DNA of 64,000 nt from Lytechinus pictus (lineage: Eukaryota): the NCBI RefSeq assembly GCF_037042905.1, contig NC_087251.1, positions 30,568,001-30,632,000 of the forward strand, in the 5' to 3' direction. Positions 1 to 12,522 of the stretch are shown here, piece by piece. Under the pieces are notes generated by a model that was not told where the DNA came from, did not search any database, and worked only from the letters and a program-made list of their open reading frames with translations. A program made the position numbers and the translations under genes. Positions within the stretch are counted from its first letter, which is position 1. Each line of letters starts with the position of its first letter.

Positions 1-246
1 CATATTGGCATTTCTGGATTCCCACCGAATGATCCGGCACAGTCAAGTTGCCTATCCTTGATGGTGATTCTCAGGCGATTTGAAAAATAAACTTGCCTTG
101 ACTGAAGGCTTACTGGGAGGAACAGGCTCTTCAGGTGATCATAACAGAAGTTGGATACATAGACTATCAAAATACAATGTCGGTGGCTCAAATCTTCAAT
201 GGGCGGTGGTGTTAAAAAAAGAAACCATGATAATTGGACTACTTAC

Positions 247-368
247 CCTGTTTGGATCAATGCCATGTTGTTCCATTTGAGCCAAGAAGTCAGTTGGGGA
301 GAATTTATGCTCATTTTGAAGATAAACCCGGAGAAGGGCATTGTAATGGGTGACATCAAAGGTAGTTC
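247..368 (-). CDS. LRPPRC: LRPPRC exon 4 (PPR repeat region); gene continues beyond the left edge
   Basis: [38 protein letters not shown] closely matches LRPPRC; 122 nt, phase 1 to 0, donor GTAAGT. Confidence 0.95.
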
Positions 369-812
369 CTGATACAATACAAAATTTGGGCAAAGATAAC
401 ACATTTTCAAGCTGTTGATAATAATTGTCAATACGATAAGAGGCTAATTCTAAATATATCAACATTCACATACAAAGAGATGTTTTGTGAGACAGCTTTC
501 ATGAACATTAGAACCCTCTAAAAATAGTCTTCAATGGAAAAATCAATTAAATCTTAAGGTTATTCCATTTCCCCAGAAAAACAAGAATTAAATGGCATTC
601 AATAGCAAAGATACAGCTATTTCACTTTGGCTTCACATGAATATCAATAATAAACATTAACTAAGACTAAAGTACAGGTAAAATGTGTTTTATTGTACAT
701 ATCATAAGTACATTCTACGATCACATTTCAATATTAACTGATGTTCTTCATGAGATGCCCTTGAAGTGATTTACTTTGAAATCCTATCCAAGTTTTCCAC
801 TGGTCTTCTTAC

Positions 813-935
813 CGAGCTCTTTAAGTTTATCCCATATACTGGAGACAAGTGCTGTCCTCTCTTCAAGGGCTACCTCTGGCAAGAGTGACCCACAGCTTCT
901 GATGAGTAGCAGGGCCTGGTTCGGCTTAGCAGCAC
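813..935 (-). CDS. LRPPRC: LRPPRC exon 3
   Basis: ALLLIRSCGSLLPEVALEERTALVSSIWDKLKELG closely matches vertebrate LRPPRC; 123 nt, phase 1 to 1, AG/GT boundaries. Confidence 0.95.
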
Positions 936-1234
936 CTGGGCATTTAGTAGGGGGGAAGAGAAGAAAGAAAACATTACAAATTTTAATCATTTGGCAGTAA
1001 AAGGACAATGCCTCGGAGGAAAATATTCTAAAATTAGACAGTTCAAAACTCCTTAGATAATTAATCTTTGAAACTACCGTAATTTTTTTTTTAATTAACA
1101 TACAGATAATCTAGAATTTTTCTGATTTTTAAAAAAAGAATCCTGCAATTATTCTTTCTTCCTGATAGTAAAATAATTTGTTTCAAAGCATGGACTGCCC
1201 CAGAGTATCCACATACATTTGTTGGACATATTTT

Positions 1235-1515
1235 GGAGCGTTGTGGACCAGTGGATTAGTCTTCTGACTTTGAAACAGAGGGTTATGGGTTCAAATCCCA
1301 GCCATGACATAATTTCCTTCAGCAAGAAATTTATCCACATTGTGCTGCACTCAACCCAGGTGAGGTGAATGGGTACCCGGCAGGATTGATTCCTTAAATG
1401 CAGGAGCGCTGAAAGGCAGCTCGAGCTAAAGCCGGGGTAATAATAATAACATTGCGCCTCGGAATAGAATATTTCTAGATATATGGCGCTATATAAATGC
1501 CTATTGTTATTGTTT
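1235..1515 (+). mobile_element. tRNA-derived SINE with L2-like tail
   Basis: A-box-like TGGACCAGTGG, B-box GGTTCAAATCCC, core with CACTCAACCCAGGTG..AATGGGTACC, tail GCGCTATATAAATG followed by TATTGT repeats. Confidence 0.8.
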
Positions 1516-1712
1516 ATTTTAAATGGAAAGCACATATCTATGGAAATTCAATTTAATATGGTAAAATCTACATTTCATGATACCCAGCTTTTAAACCTTA
1601 TTGATAAAGAAAACTGTCCATTTACAATTGTAAAAAAAACCAGAATGTCTTCATCATACTGTATAGATTTTTATTTTTTTGGCAGGGATAACAGAAAAAC
1701 ACAATTTCCTAC

Positions 1713-1930
1713 CTAACTTGCAAATTTCATCAAATACAAGAATCAACTGAGCTTTGGTGATTCGTCCCGTTCTTCTGACCATATCGTCTAATCTTCTGAG
1801 AACCATTCTGAATTCATTGTCTGATCTGATTGGCTGAGCGGTCTCCATGGAATCAGGTTGTTCAGCAGACTCGGCAGAGATTGACTGAAACCTGGATATT
1901 GCCGCTGAAAGGCATTGCAGGTTAGAAGTT
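1713..1930 (-). CDS. LRPPRC: LRPPRC exon 2
   Basis: FRMVLRRLDDMVRRTGRITKAQLILVFDEIC matches LRPPRC RLDxSVRRTGRI motif; acceptor tttccag, donor G|GTAGGA; phase 2 to 1. Confidence 0.92.
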
Positions 1931-4900
1931 CTGGAAAGCAAATGGAGAAAGACTTGCTTTGAGGATATTTGAACACATATTTCGAATTTGAAATCTATAT
2001 TTGTCTCAGGGTTTGTATACAGAAATTGCAGTAAGAAGTACATGACATATTTGAATGTTAATGTTATGACATTTTGTAATAGATACTAACACTCATCTGT
2101 TTGTTGATAATATACAGAAAGTTATGTTAAAGTAAATGTGTTTATCTACTTCATTATCTTTAATGTTATTTTCTGCATGTATAACGATATATTGTCATTT
2201 TTGCATTTGTATGTATTGTTCGTTTGTTTGTTAAATGTTGTTACAAATTGTTTTCCGGTTGTCATGCTCAGCTTTACGAACAGATTAATGAAACACTGCA
2301 ATTATGCTCTACACATAATGAATGTTTTCACATATCTCCTCATCCATTTTTTATGTATTTAGTCTCGGGAAAATTTGAGAACTCGAATGAAGAAAAAGCA
2401 ACATTGCTCGCTGCAATTATCTATACATAACTATATCAAAGAACAGTACCCTGTCATGCAAACTTTCCAGGTTTTCATGTGAGAACGCCTATTATATACA
2501 TTTATAGGAAGTGTAGTTTGAAAGACTATTTGCTCCTCAGATATATTATTTGATGTGTTATTTCACGAGTTTTAGGAAGAACATTGTGAAACAAAATTAG
2601 CTGTTGGTGAGAGAGGAAATTCTTGTGACTCTATAATTTAGATTATTTAGCATAATTCACTGTAACACTAATGACTGTACAGACAGTACAGTAATTGATC
2701 CTCAGTGCCACCTTCCAATCACATCATCAAAATGGCCATTGCTGAAGACTTTTCATGGACACAATAACTGAAAAGAAATGAAATGATTTCAAAGAAGAAA
2801 GTTCAACAAAAGATATTGTTGAACTACATTTCAACTACAATTCACTCCTGAGAGTCCTCGACCCAAAGATGTTGGTAGATTTGCTAATGTCATCTCTAAC
2901 TAAGGTACTGAAAATGACTGGAAAACCAGACAAATGCCAACCTAATCAGTCCACAGTGCAAAGTATAAACATTGAATGACTAGCAGAGCCCGTGGTCGTG
3001 GAAATTCCACGGGTTTTTGGGGAGTGATTATCACTGAACAAGCAGTAATTATACATCTTTAATATCAGGCCACCAAAAAAAAATTATTTGAAGGTTTTGG
3101 TGGCCACTTCCATTGACAAGTGGATACCATGTGCGACCATGGGGTCTCAAAAAGCACCCTAAACAAGTATTTTCCATACTCTGAAAATGCACCCCTTAAC
3201 AAGTATTAATTATGGCGTGTGAAACCCTACCCTTAACAAGTATTGGAAACAAAACTATACCCTGAATCGAACCCCTAGCTAGGCACGCTCACACATCACA
3301 AGAGGGCGCTTTTTCGCGAGCTCCGTTCGCTGTACAAAAATTGCGACTGGCGGCGGCAGCGTGACGAAGCGAAATTGAGCTCCAGAGGCATGGCATGGCG
3401 TTGTTCAATCCACTCATACATGTATTATATCGAATGCCAGAAAAATGATTTAGACACCATATGGCTGTGTGACGTATAGACTGACCATCTGACTCATCGG
3501 CACTTCCAGCGAACCAACGAACGACGATCGAGAGGCCTGGAAAATCACTTGTAAGTACCAAATTTGCCTGATTTTGTAGAAATTTTTAGTTTTATGAATA
3601 ATTATATTACTTGCACACTGATGCATCATGATTCATGATGAAGATGAAATTCTAAGCTTTAATTTAACACCGAAATTACGTGGGAAGAACTTGGCGGATG
3701 AAAGCGATTCAGCTTGATGCACAGGCCTGTTGCAGGCAAAATTGTCGCGATTTAGCGCCTTCGCGCTCTTGAATTTTGCGGGGGGGATTTGTCGTCTGCT
3801 TCATCTGCCCTGCACAGTCCCGCGTATCGCTTTCAGTGTGCACATTTGCACTCACTTATTACGTAGGTAATATTATTTTCTTCATTTGTTAGTCATGGAC
3901 CAATTTAACATTTTATTCACTTTAAAAATTTGTTATATTACAATGAACTAGATGCAAAACAAAGCACAAAACCTATTATTTCCTGTTCATTATGAATCAT
4001 GATGGATTAACATCTTATTCTCAGACTTTTGTTTTTACTTGTTTTCACTGTCTTCAGTTTATTTTTTTTGTTAGATCATGTATTGATATCAGAATATGGT
4101 ATGATTTTTTTATTTTTTTCCTTATATGAATATTTGATCTATTATAGACTTGGGGAAATCGATTATTTTACACACTCAGTATTTCTATTTGTAAATTAAT
4201 AAATTGTAAAATGCTACATTTTTTCAGAAATAAATTGGTGAAAGGGGGGGGGGTGCTCCGTTCTGATTTTTTTCCTTTAAATCCCTATGAAAATCACATG
4301 TATTTTTATTTTCAAAGCCCTTATTGAAAATCTTTTCGACTATGATTTGATTTATTTTCTTTTATTATTATTTTTGTTTCCTTCAGGTTTCGTAATCTAT
4401 TCCTGAAAACGCTAAATCGAGTCCATTATCAACTCATCATCCGCATGTCTGGCGACTGGCGAGAAAATTTCCAGGCCGATTGTGAACATCAGTCCAGGCC
4501 AAGGATAAAGCCATGAACGACCATATCTGGCTAATGCCACATGACAAGATCTCTATGCAGGATTACAGCTAGCATATGACTAGCTTGAGAAATTTAAATA
4601 TTCAAGAAAGAAACATAAGATTCTTATCTATTATTTTTTTATTATTTAGAGTTCTGTTTTGTTTGAATTTTTCGTTCTATTTTTCGTGTTTTGTTCTCGT
4701 AAAATTCTTGGAAAAAAATGATTTCTGTGTCATGTACTCCTAACAATTTCAGCACCAATTATTGCACATATTTTTTTCTGCACTGCACTGGGAAAGGGGA
4801 GGGGGGAGTAATTTTTCTTCCAGTATTTTATCATTAGGTGTCATGACTTTTTGATATCTTAATGGCACTTACGTTCTCAGGAATTTTTCCTCATATATGA

Positions 4901-5027
4901 ACTGTGGTCGAAAATCTGAATTATGGAATTGTAATAACTATTATTCAATTGTTTAAAGGGTTTTTTCAGCAAGGTTGCATCATTATTTTGCCTTCCAGAT
5001 ATTATTATTTGGCTTTAATATAAGATC

Positions 5028-5925
5028 ATGGCCAAAATGTCAGAAGAGGTGGATCATCTGCTCCAGCTACCAGCTGATAGGATTACTAATGGAGTTGTCA
5101 TTGATCTACTGCCAAAACTCACAAGAGGAGAGGGAATTACATGGTCACAATTTCATGAAATAGTTCAAAACAAATATGACTCTGAATGTTCTTTAAAGGC
5201 CCTTCAGACCAAGTTAACAAGGATCTATGGAAGGTACATGAAACTAAACAAAACAAAACAAACTAAAGACCAAAATGATGTGAAGGTCAACTATCTGCAA
5301 GAACCTTTCGAGCCCCCAGGAAAAATTGTTCAACCTCCAAAGAATGCTAAAGTAGACCAAGATCACGATGCTGCTAGTCCTAAAAAGAGAAAAGTCTATT
5401 CCAATGATCAAGTAGAAAATTTAGGAAAAGAACTTGAGAGATTCAAGGACATAGTACAAAAAACAGAGAGGGAAGTAATGACTTACAAGAAGAAAGTGAA
5501 GCACCTTGAGAAGGAAATGAAAAAGAATAAAGAAAAGGTTCAGTCTTTCACATCTATATTTGGCAGTGTAAGAGGTGGAAGAAAACGGATTACCGAAACA
5601 ATAAAGCGACTTAAACAATCTAAAAGGGAATGGAGGGTAAACTATCAAATGACAAAGAGTGAAGAAAAACGGAAGACAATTGAAATTACGAGACTTCGAG
5701 CACAATTGCAAGAAGAAAAGAGAAGACGTCAAAGAATTCAAAAGAAATACACAGAGCAAGAAAAAAATCAAGGTCGCCCAGAAGCAACAGGAGATTGAAC
5801 AACTCAAAGAAACTGTTGAAAATCTTCAATATGAAAAAGACAAGTCCCATCATCCTCAACAAATCCAAACCAAGATTGGTCAGTCCTACACCCCTCAGAT
5901 AAGAGAAGCATCCTACTATTTACAG
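5028..5925 (+). pseudogene. DNA transposase gene, first coding exon (basic, coiled-coil N-terminus), frameshifted at the A7 run 5761-5767
   Basis: ORFs 5028-5798 and 5659-5946 join if one A is removed; acceptor ttccag at 4998, donor CAG|GTTGGC at 5925, phase 0. Confidence 0.7.
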
Positions 5926-6921
5926 GTTGGCTTTGAATCAAGTTGATTTATAAAAAATAAAGTGATAGGAATTAAGTCATATAATGTTCATAATAGTCAT
6001 TTCAAAACTCCCCTTGTGACATTTTTAATATGTAAAACAGGTAATTGATCAGATACATGATTGTTTCCTGTGATACAGTACTAAAAACTGATCACAAAGA
6101 CCCAATTTCATAGAATATTGTATTATGGTAAACTTTGCCATTCCGGGGTAACTTGTCTAGAATCTTTGATTTTGATTGGTTGGTGATTAGCATTACCATG
6201 GGATGGCAAAATTACCATTATATTAGCTTGTATTTGTATGCAAAGTTGCCCTTGTCTATGATATAAAAATTACCTACTTCAATTGTTATAAAAATGTAGC
6301 GATTATTGCTTTTACATTTTTCATTAATAGCAAGGATGTTAAAAGGGATTGAAGTTCACTCAAATGCAAATAGAATAATTCAAGAATAGGATCTTTGAAA
6401 CCTTGATAACAATTGGGCAAAAAAGTTATGATGAGCATGTGTATGTTGATAACAGCATAGCTTATTATTTATCAAAAACTTCCTGTCTTCTACAGTTCAA
6501 CTGGTTTCAAGGATTTCATTCCTAATTATTGTTCACAATGAAGTTATTTCTAGAGCATGTTTTATTTCTTCCTATATTTAAACCATTTTAGATAATTTTA
6601 ATTTTGACTCAGTAATCTATAAGCATGTACTCAATTTCTTAAGTTTAAGTAATTTTTACAAAGTTTAATACTGTTTTAAATAACAAAAAGTCTCATTATA
6701 ATTGTTCTGGCAAAAAAGGCAAAGCCCAAATATGCTAACCCCAAATCTAACACTACACATTGATTTTCCTAACATAGTTTTAAACAAACTTCTGTCAAAC
6801 CCTAACCGTAACCAACTGTCATTGGATCAATTGCCACAAGAGCAAATGTCACATCATTCTGATAAAGATTGCATGCAAAATTATTACTGTATCCCTCCCC
6901 ACTTTTATAAATAAATTACAG

Positions 6922-7549
6922 AACCTAGGAGTCGCAGAAGGCAAAGTAAGTGAAGCAATTAGAGTTGTTGCAGAAACTCTATGTGATGTGACCTTCACGA
7001 ATGAGCTACCGTCTCGGCAAACTCAAGGACGCTTTGCTTCTGAGATGAAGGCAATTTGTCGGGACCAGATTGAGGAGCATTTTGTGTCAAAAAGCAATAC
7101 AACATTAAAGTATGATGGGACAACAAAATCGCGAGTTGGTCACCTAGTAGAATGCGAACTAGCTTCTAAAGAGAAAACGTACTTGGTAGGATTATGCCAG
7201 CAAGCTGGAGGAACAAGCGACGAATATATCAGTGCTATCAATGAATCTCTATCGGATGTGAATCCTTTACTGCTTGACGGCATAGCAAATATGATGACGG
7301 ATCGAGCGAGTGTAAATACAGCAATAGACAGGAAACTTTCTGACCTGAAAGGGGAATCTCATATCAACAGCTTCAGATGTGGAATGCACCCTCTGGACAC
7401 CCTTGGTAAGGCATGTGATAATGCATTAAAGGAGAGTGAAAGCCAAGATAAATATCATAGACTTTTCAAGAAGAGAGGGGAGAGTAATACCGCGTGCCTC
7501 ATCAGAAAGGTATCTGATTTATTCCATAATGAGGCAACTGGATGTGGTA
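6922..7549 (+). pseudogene. DDE transposase catalytic exon (hAT-like, CxxH group), truncated
   Basis: Acceptor ttacag at 6921 in frame with the previous exon; motifs LKYDGTT, MMTDRASVN, FRCGMHPLD; transposase-like sequence ends at the junction with another element at 7550. Confidence 0.8.
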
Positions 7550-7900
7550 TAGACCAAAAGCTTCAGTCTCTGTATTTTGGTTGTTCCGCTGAACTACGTT
7601 GGCTCCACTCACCATACATAGACTGAAGGGGATGGGGCCCCGTACCTACAGCCAACGTATAGTGAACTAGCGTTTTATAGATCGCGATTTAAAACTGTTT
7701 TTTAAGCAAAATTGAAAGTTTCATGGTTTCCATGATCAGGGAAATATAAATAACTTAAGTAATTGCATACCTTGGGCCGGAGTTATTGAAAAAAATCCTC
7801 TGGATGATTGAGAAATCTGTCATCTAAGACATTTTCACCTGACCCGTCGGTTTTTCTTGCAAGTTGCCATCTTGAATGACGTCATTATCGTTATTAACTT
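7550..7900 (-). mobile_element. Terminus of a non-autonomous element with subterminal hairpin and CRE/YY1 cassette
   Basis: 7550-7628 is nearly identical to the reverse complement of 57848-57927; 15-bp inverted repeat CTTCAGTCT(C/A)TGTAT; TGACGTCA at 7877-7884. The inner boundary is approximate. Confidence 0.7.
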
Positions 7901-10900
7901 AATGTCTCGAATCGATATATCGCGATTATAACTAGTAGTACTAGTACTAGTATAACTAGTATCGTTTATCTTCGGTTTCGTTCGCATATGGAGCAGATCA
8001 TATAATATCGAAAGCAATATCGATATCACATTCGTGATTGTTGACGTTCGTTCGTAAATATTTTATAGTTTGGCTGCCATTTTGACCATTTTTATCGTGT
8101 TCAACCCAATTAAACATCGGTAAAGTATATTTTTCATGCCTTTTTCATCTATATCGTTTTAAGTATTTTCATAATGGAATATCAAATATTAAAAGTTTGT
8201 TTGTTATACATCCTTAGATTGTAAATTCGATGTGTAAAATTACATCAAACTTTGGACTGTGAATTGACAAAAGGGAGGGAATGAGAACACATGCGAGCCC
8301 ACACGTACACCCTACCGTCGGTAAATGGGGATTACAGTAAAATGTCAGAAATTGTTGAATAAATCCCCAGAAACGACGGTTATTCCTGTCTAGATGTGGT
8401 ATTGCTCTGACATCCTTTCTGAAGACTGCTGGTTGTCCAGCGACAACATTTTTTTTATATTAATTTCCTGTTTGGTCTCATCTCAAATGGTCTAGTCCAT
8501 AGTCGGATGGGACAAGGGCAGATTGAGAGACAGGGCCATCTTTCATCGCTAGGTTGAATACTAGTGCCAACGGGTTGATTACTAGTACCAAAATCCGTCG
8601 CCATATAATTCGATCGCCCGCGCACACAGTCAACTGGTTGAAGAAAAAAATAACGGAAAAAGAATAACCAGCATTTGCTCTTGGAAATAAGACGGGTCTG
8701 AAATTCAGGTAAATTCTGACTATATTTCTATTTGAGGAAACTCTCCAAACGGGTTGAATACTAGTAGGGATCCCAAAACGAAAATCTAATTTTTTAAATC
8801 TATGTTTAAAAGCATTGAAAAGTACCTCACCTGAATCAGCATATTAAAAAACCCCAAGTGAATGACTTTTAGTGTTCCAAAGAGATCTAAATATCTGTTA
8901 ATCTGAGGCTAAAGTGGGTCCGAATTGTGACAGATTTGTGTACAAATTTCATTTTGAAATTTCGTCGACACGTACGCACAGAGCTCGGCACTGAACGAGG
9001 GATTGTGGGCGTGTCCTTTCTCGCCTCGGCCTATTGTTACCCAAATACACAACTCGAACGAAAGTGCGTTCACCGTCCCAGTTAGTCTCGGATCCGAGCT
9101 TATCCAAATAAACAATGATTAAATAACAACAAAAAATAGAAAGAAGAGAAAAGAGAAAAAAAATGGCTCAAATGCAGTCGTTTGGTGACGGATAGTATGC
9201 TCTGACCTCTTGCTGATATAAGGATTAGATATGACATAAGTTTTATGCCATGATAACTAAAGCATGGGGGGCGGGGGCACTGACTTTCAAAATAATAAAT
9301 TCTTTAAACATCTATATCTAGGCAAGGGAGGGTCCAGGATTTTCCAAAGGGGGGAGGGCACTATTAGCGGCGGCAATCAAAAAAATTTAGGGGGGGGGCA
9401 CCAAAATTTTTGACAAAAAAAGGTTATCAAAGGGGGGACCGAAAAAAAAAAATTTAGCCCCCCAAAAAAGGTAACAACGTCCCCCCATAGGCAGCGGGGG
9501 GGGGTCGTGTCTCCCCTAAATTTGAGGTGGGGGACAATCGCCCCCCCCCCTCCTAATTTTTTTGTCGATAACCTTTTTTTTTTGCTTGTCAATTTTTTTT
9601 CCTGCGTGCCCCCTAAATTTCAGTGGACCCCCCTAAAAATTTCATGGGGTCTCCCCTAAAATTTGGTTGATAAACCTTTTTTTTTTTTGGGGGGGGCTTG
9701 TCACAAAATTTTGGTGGTCCCCCTCCCCTAAATTTTTGCTTTCCGTTGCCAATGGTCCCAACCTCAGATTTAGGGGGGACAGGGCCTATGGAGGGCACAT
9801 TTTCCCGATGCAAATTTGATAAGCATTACAAAATGTTTTTACCAAAAATTCAAAGTCATTTCGTCCCTAAAAATTGACAAGCAAAAAAAATAGGGCCTAT
9901 ATAATATATATATAAATATACATATATATATATATATCCTCACTTTCAAGGGGCATGCTTGGGTAAAAAGGGCATGTTTATGTTACAAATTACAAATTTG
10001 GCTCTCGATAATTATGCCCCTTGGATCCACCAGTAATCTAAGTGGAATTTTTTGTTTTGAGTTTTGATATGGCTACCTTCTCGGAGGGCGTCCTCGCCGC
10101 GGTAGCTGGATAGTGCTGCAAAAGAGTAGGCCTTATACATCTTTTGCAGCATTAACTGACACTCCGAGACTTATAATTTTACCTTATACTTAAAACATGA
10201 ATAATACAAAATAAAACATAACACTTGTTTTTGGAGTAAGTTGATGTCAAAATATATTCAGTCTGGGGCATGGTGACTTGGAACTCTGCCCCATATCATT
10301 GTACTTGCCTCGCTCGATTTGTATCATAAAAAAAAATTAAAAATGTTTCCACATTAAAATATAGATCTAAGTACAATGGCCAGAAATAATAGTACGAATA
10401 AGCTAGCAGAATTTGTATCATACCACCCATATTATTGAACGCCAACGAAGGCAGTTTCTAAATCCTGTTTGCTTTATCCCACTTTTCCACTAAGATTTAT
10501 CCCTTTTGCGTGTCATATGAAAGCAGTTTTGTGCGCAGATCTAGCGTACCGGTAGGACCACATGCAGTCATTAATAGCTCTCTTTAATTTTTTTTCAACA
10601 AATGATGTCTCATGCTTTCGTTAAAATTAATAAATTAGAATCCTTGTATATGGCCCTGGGAAGTGGGGTGCTCGGGTTGTGACCCCCAAGTTTTTTTTTT
10701 TTTTTTTTTTTTAGCTGGTGGTGCGTTTTTTGTACACGTATATAGTTTAAAACAGGAAGAAGAATGACATTGATTTTTGTACCGCATTATTTTCATTAAT
10801 TTATTGGTAGAAATACAAAAAAAAAAGTTTTGAAAAAACATTTTTCAAAACTATTCCGCGGCTCCTGGAAGAATGGAGAGATGGACGGAAGGAGAGAAAT

Positions 10901-11260
10901 AAATAGGATGAAGGGGTGGATCCAGCTTTCGCCAAAGGGGGGGGGGCAAATTTTTTTTCACCATTATTTTTCCCCAATCGGCCGCGCGAATATGATTTAT
11001 ATTTGTTTCTTTGAAGAAATGTCACTTCTTAGCTTTTGTCTTATAAATCAACATAAATATATAATATCATAACCCTTTTTATATAGTGCGAGCTAATTTA
11101 TTTAAAAAAAAATGTTTTTCCCCAAAGTTTGAAATTTCTGGGCAATGTTTATCATGAAAAAGATGTGTATGCAACTAAATAATTACTAAGAACGCGAAGT
11201 GCGAACAGAATTGAAATCATAGGCACTTTTTGTAACTTAAACAGGATAGGTATATAACTT

Positions 11261-12522
11261 TTTTTTTTTTTTTTAATTCTGTTTTTATTATACAAATTGA
11301 AATAAATCACAAAATTTACAAATGATTAATAGGTGATTGCAAATCACATAAACACAATTTAGTTACACAAAAAAATAACAACCATAATAATTATTTAAAA
11401 AAAAACCTACCCACTTATCCTCCCCCACCCCCCCCCCCCCAAAAAAAAAAGGAATGTGGCAATGTGTTTGGTAAATAAAGTAGACAAAGCAAAATATACA
11501 AGCTATGATTATATGAAGTGGTTTCCAAACAACTATTCATAGGATTAAAAAGCACAACTGGTTATCCAAGACGACATAATTATAGAGGTTTTTAAAAGAA
11601 TACTAGTAAGTATATCAAGGTGACTGAGATTGCATGAAAAAATGGGATCTGATGTCTACAACCATATAACCAATACAGTGCAGTATTATTAAAAAGTGGG
11701 ACACTAAACCTGTTATACAAAATATACAGTGTTAGTTATCGTGTAACCTGCTGACATTTTTGACAACCAAATTATAAGGTGAATCGCCACTTCTTAAAGT
11801 GAGCGGGCAACTTATTTTTTTTCTTAGCTATCAAATATTCCAAGTCTTGTTGTTTTTTAACAAATGTTTTAAAAAGAGCAAAACTTGGAGGATTATTCTT
11901 AAATTTACATGTATGAATATAATACTTCAAAAGTAAAAAAAGGTATGAAATGAACTTATCAGTTGAGAGTCCGAACATTTTTTCAAAATTAGAACCATTT
12001 ATTTGAACATTATTTTGGGAAATTTTCGTTAAAAGGGATTGCCAAATAGGAATTACCCTTTCACATTCGCAAAACAGGTGGATAATTGTTTCCTCACTTT
12101 TATCACAGAAAACACAATTGGGTGAATCCTTAGATTTAATCTTATACAAAAAATCATTTAATGCTATGGCTTTATGAAAAATCTTAAAATAGAATGATCT
12201 TAATTTAGTATCAATGGTACAAAAAAAATTTGTGTAGTGTACCTTTTCCCAATCGATAGATACTGGTATTGGTAAACGTTCATCCCAATAAGTGTATCTT
12301 TTGTCAGGTGTGTGTGATCCCCTAAATAAAATGTATGAATGTCTAGGGACTTTTTTATAACTCAACAATTTATGTACAATTGTTTCATGAACACCAATAA
12401 TATCAGGGTCAAAACTCACTAACCATTCTTCCGGGATGCACTTAATTAAAAAATTATATTTCCTTCTGTCTGTTTGGGGGATTCCAAAATCTAACACAAG
12501 CTCTTCAAAGAGTTTGTGACCT
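11261..12522 (-). mobile_element. 5'-truncated L1/Tx1-type LINE (ORF2 C-terminus with zf-RVT-like CxxC..HLFxxC), poly(A) tail, 18-bp TSD
   Basis: Open frame 11772-12522 with CVFCDKSEETIIHLFCEC; AATAAA then poly(A); AGGATAGGTATATAACTT at both 11243-11260 and 12523-12540. Confidence 0.92.

Noticed and set aside
1235..1305. tRNA gene
   Set aside because: The tRNA-like head runs directly into a SINE core and LINE-like tail.
2360..2980. Stretch with coding-like composition in LRPPRC intron 1
   Set aside because: Multiple stops and no recognisable motif; at most a decayed element.
5421..5868. Hydrophobic minus-strand ORFs
   Set aside because: Antisense shadow of the Lys/Glu-rich transposase exon.
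7550..7626. C-terminal IDQKLQSLYFGCSAE... of ORF 6988-7626 and the similar ORF 57629-57949
   Set aside because: Read-through into the shared non-coding element terminus, not a protein family.
9320..9800. G/C homopolymer-rich block as a G-quadruplex regulatory element
   Set aside because: The same sequence recurs near 58020-58160 and such runs are common across the window; it is a dispersed repeat with unreliable homopolymer lengths.
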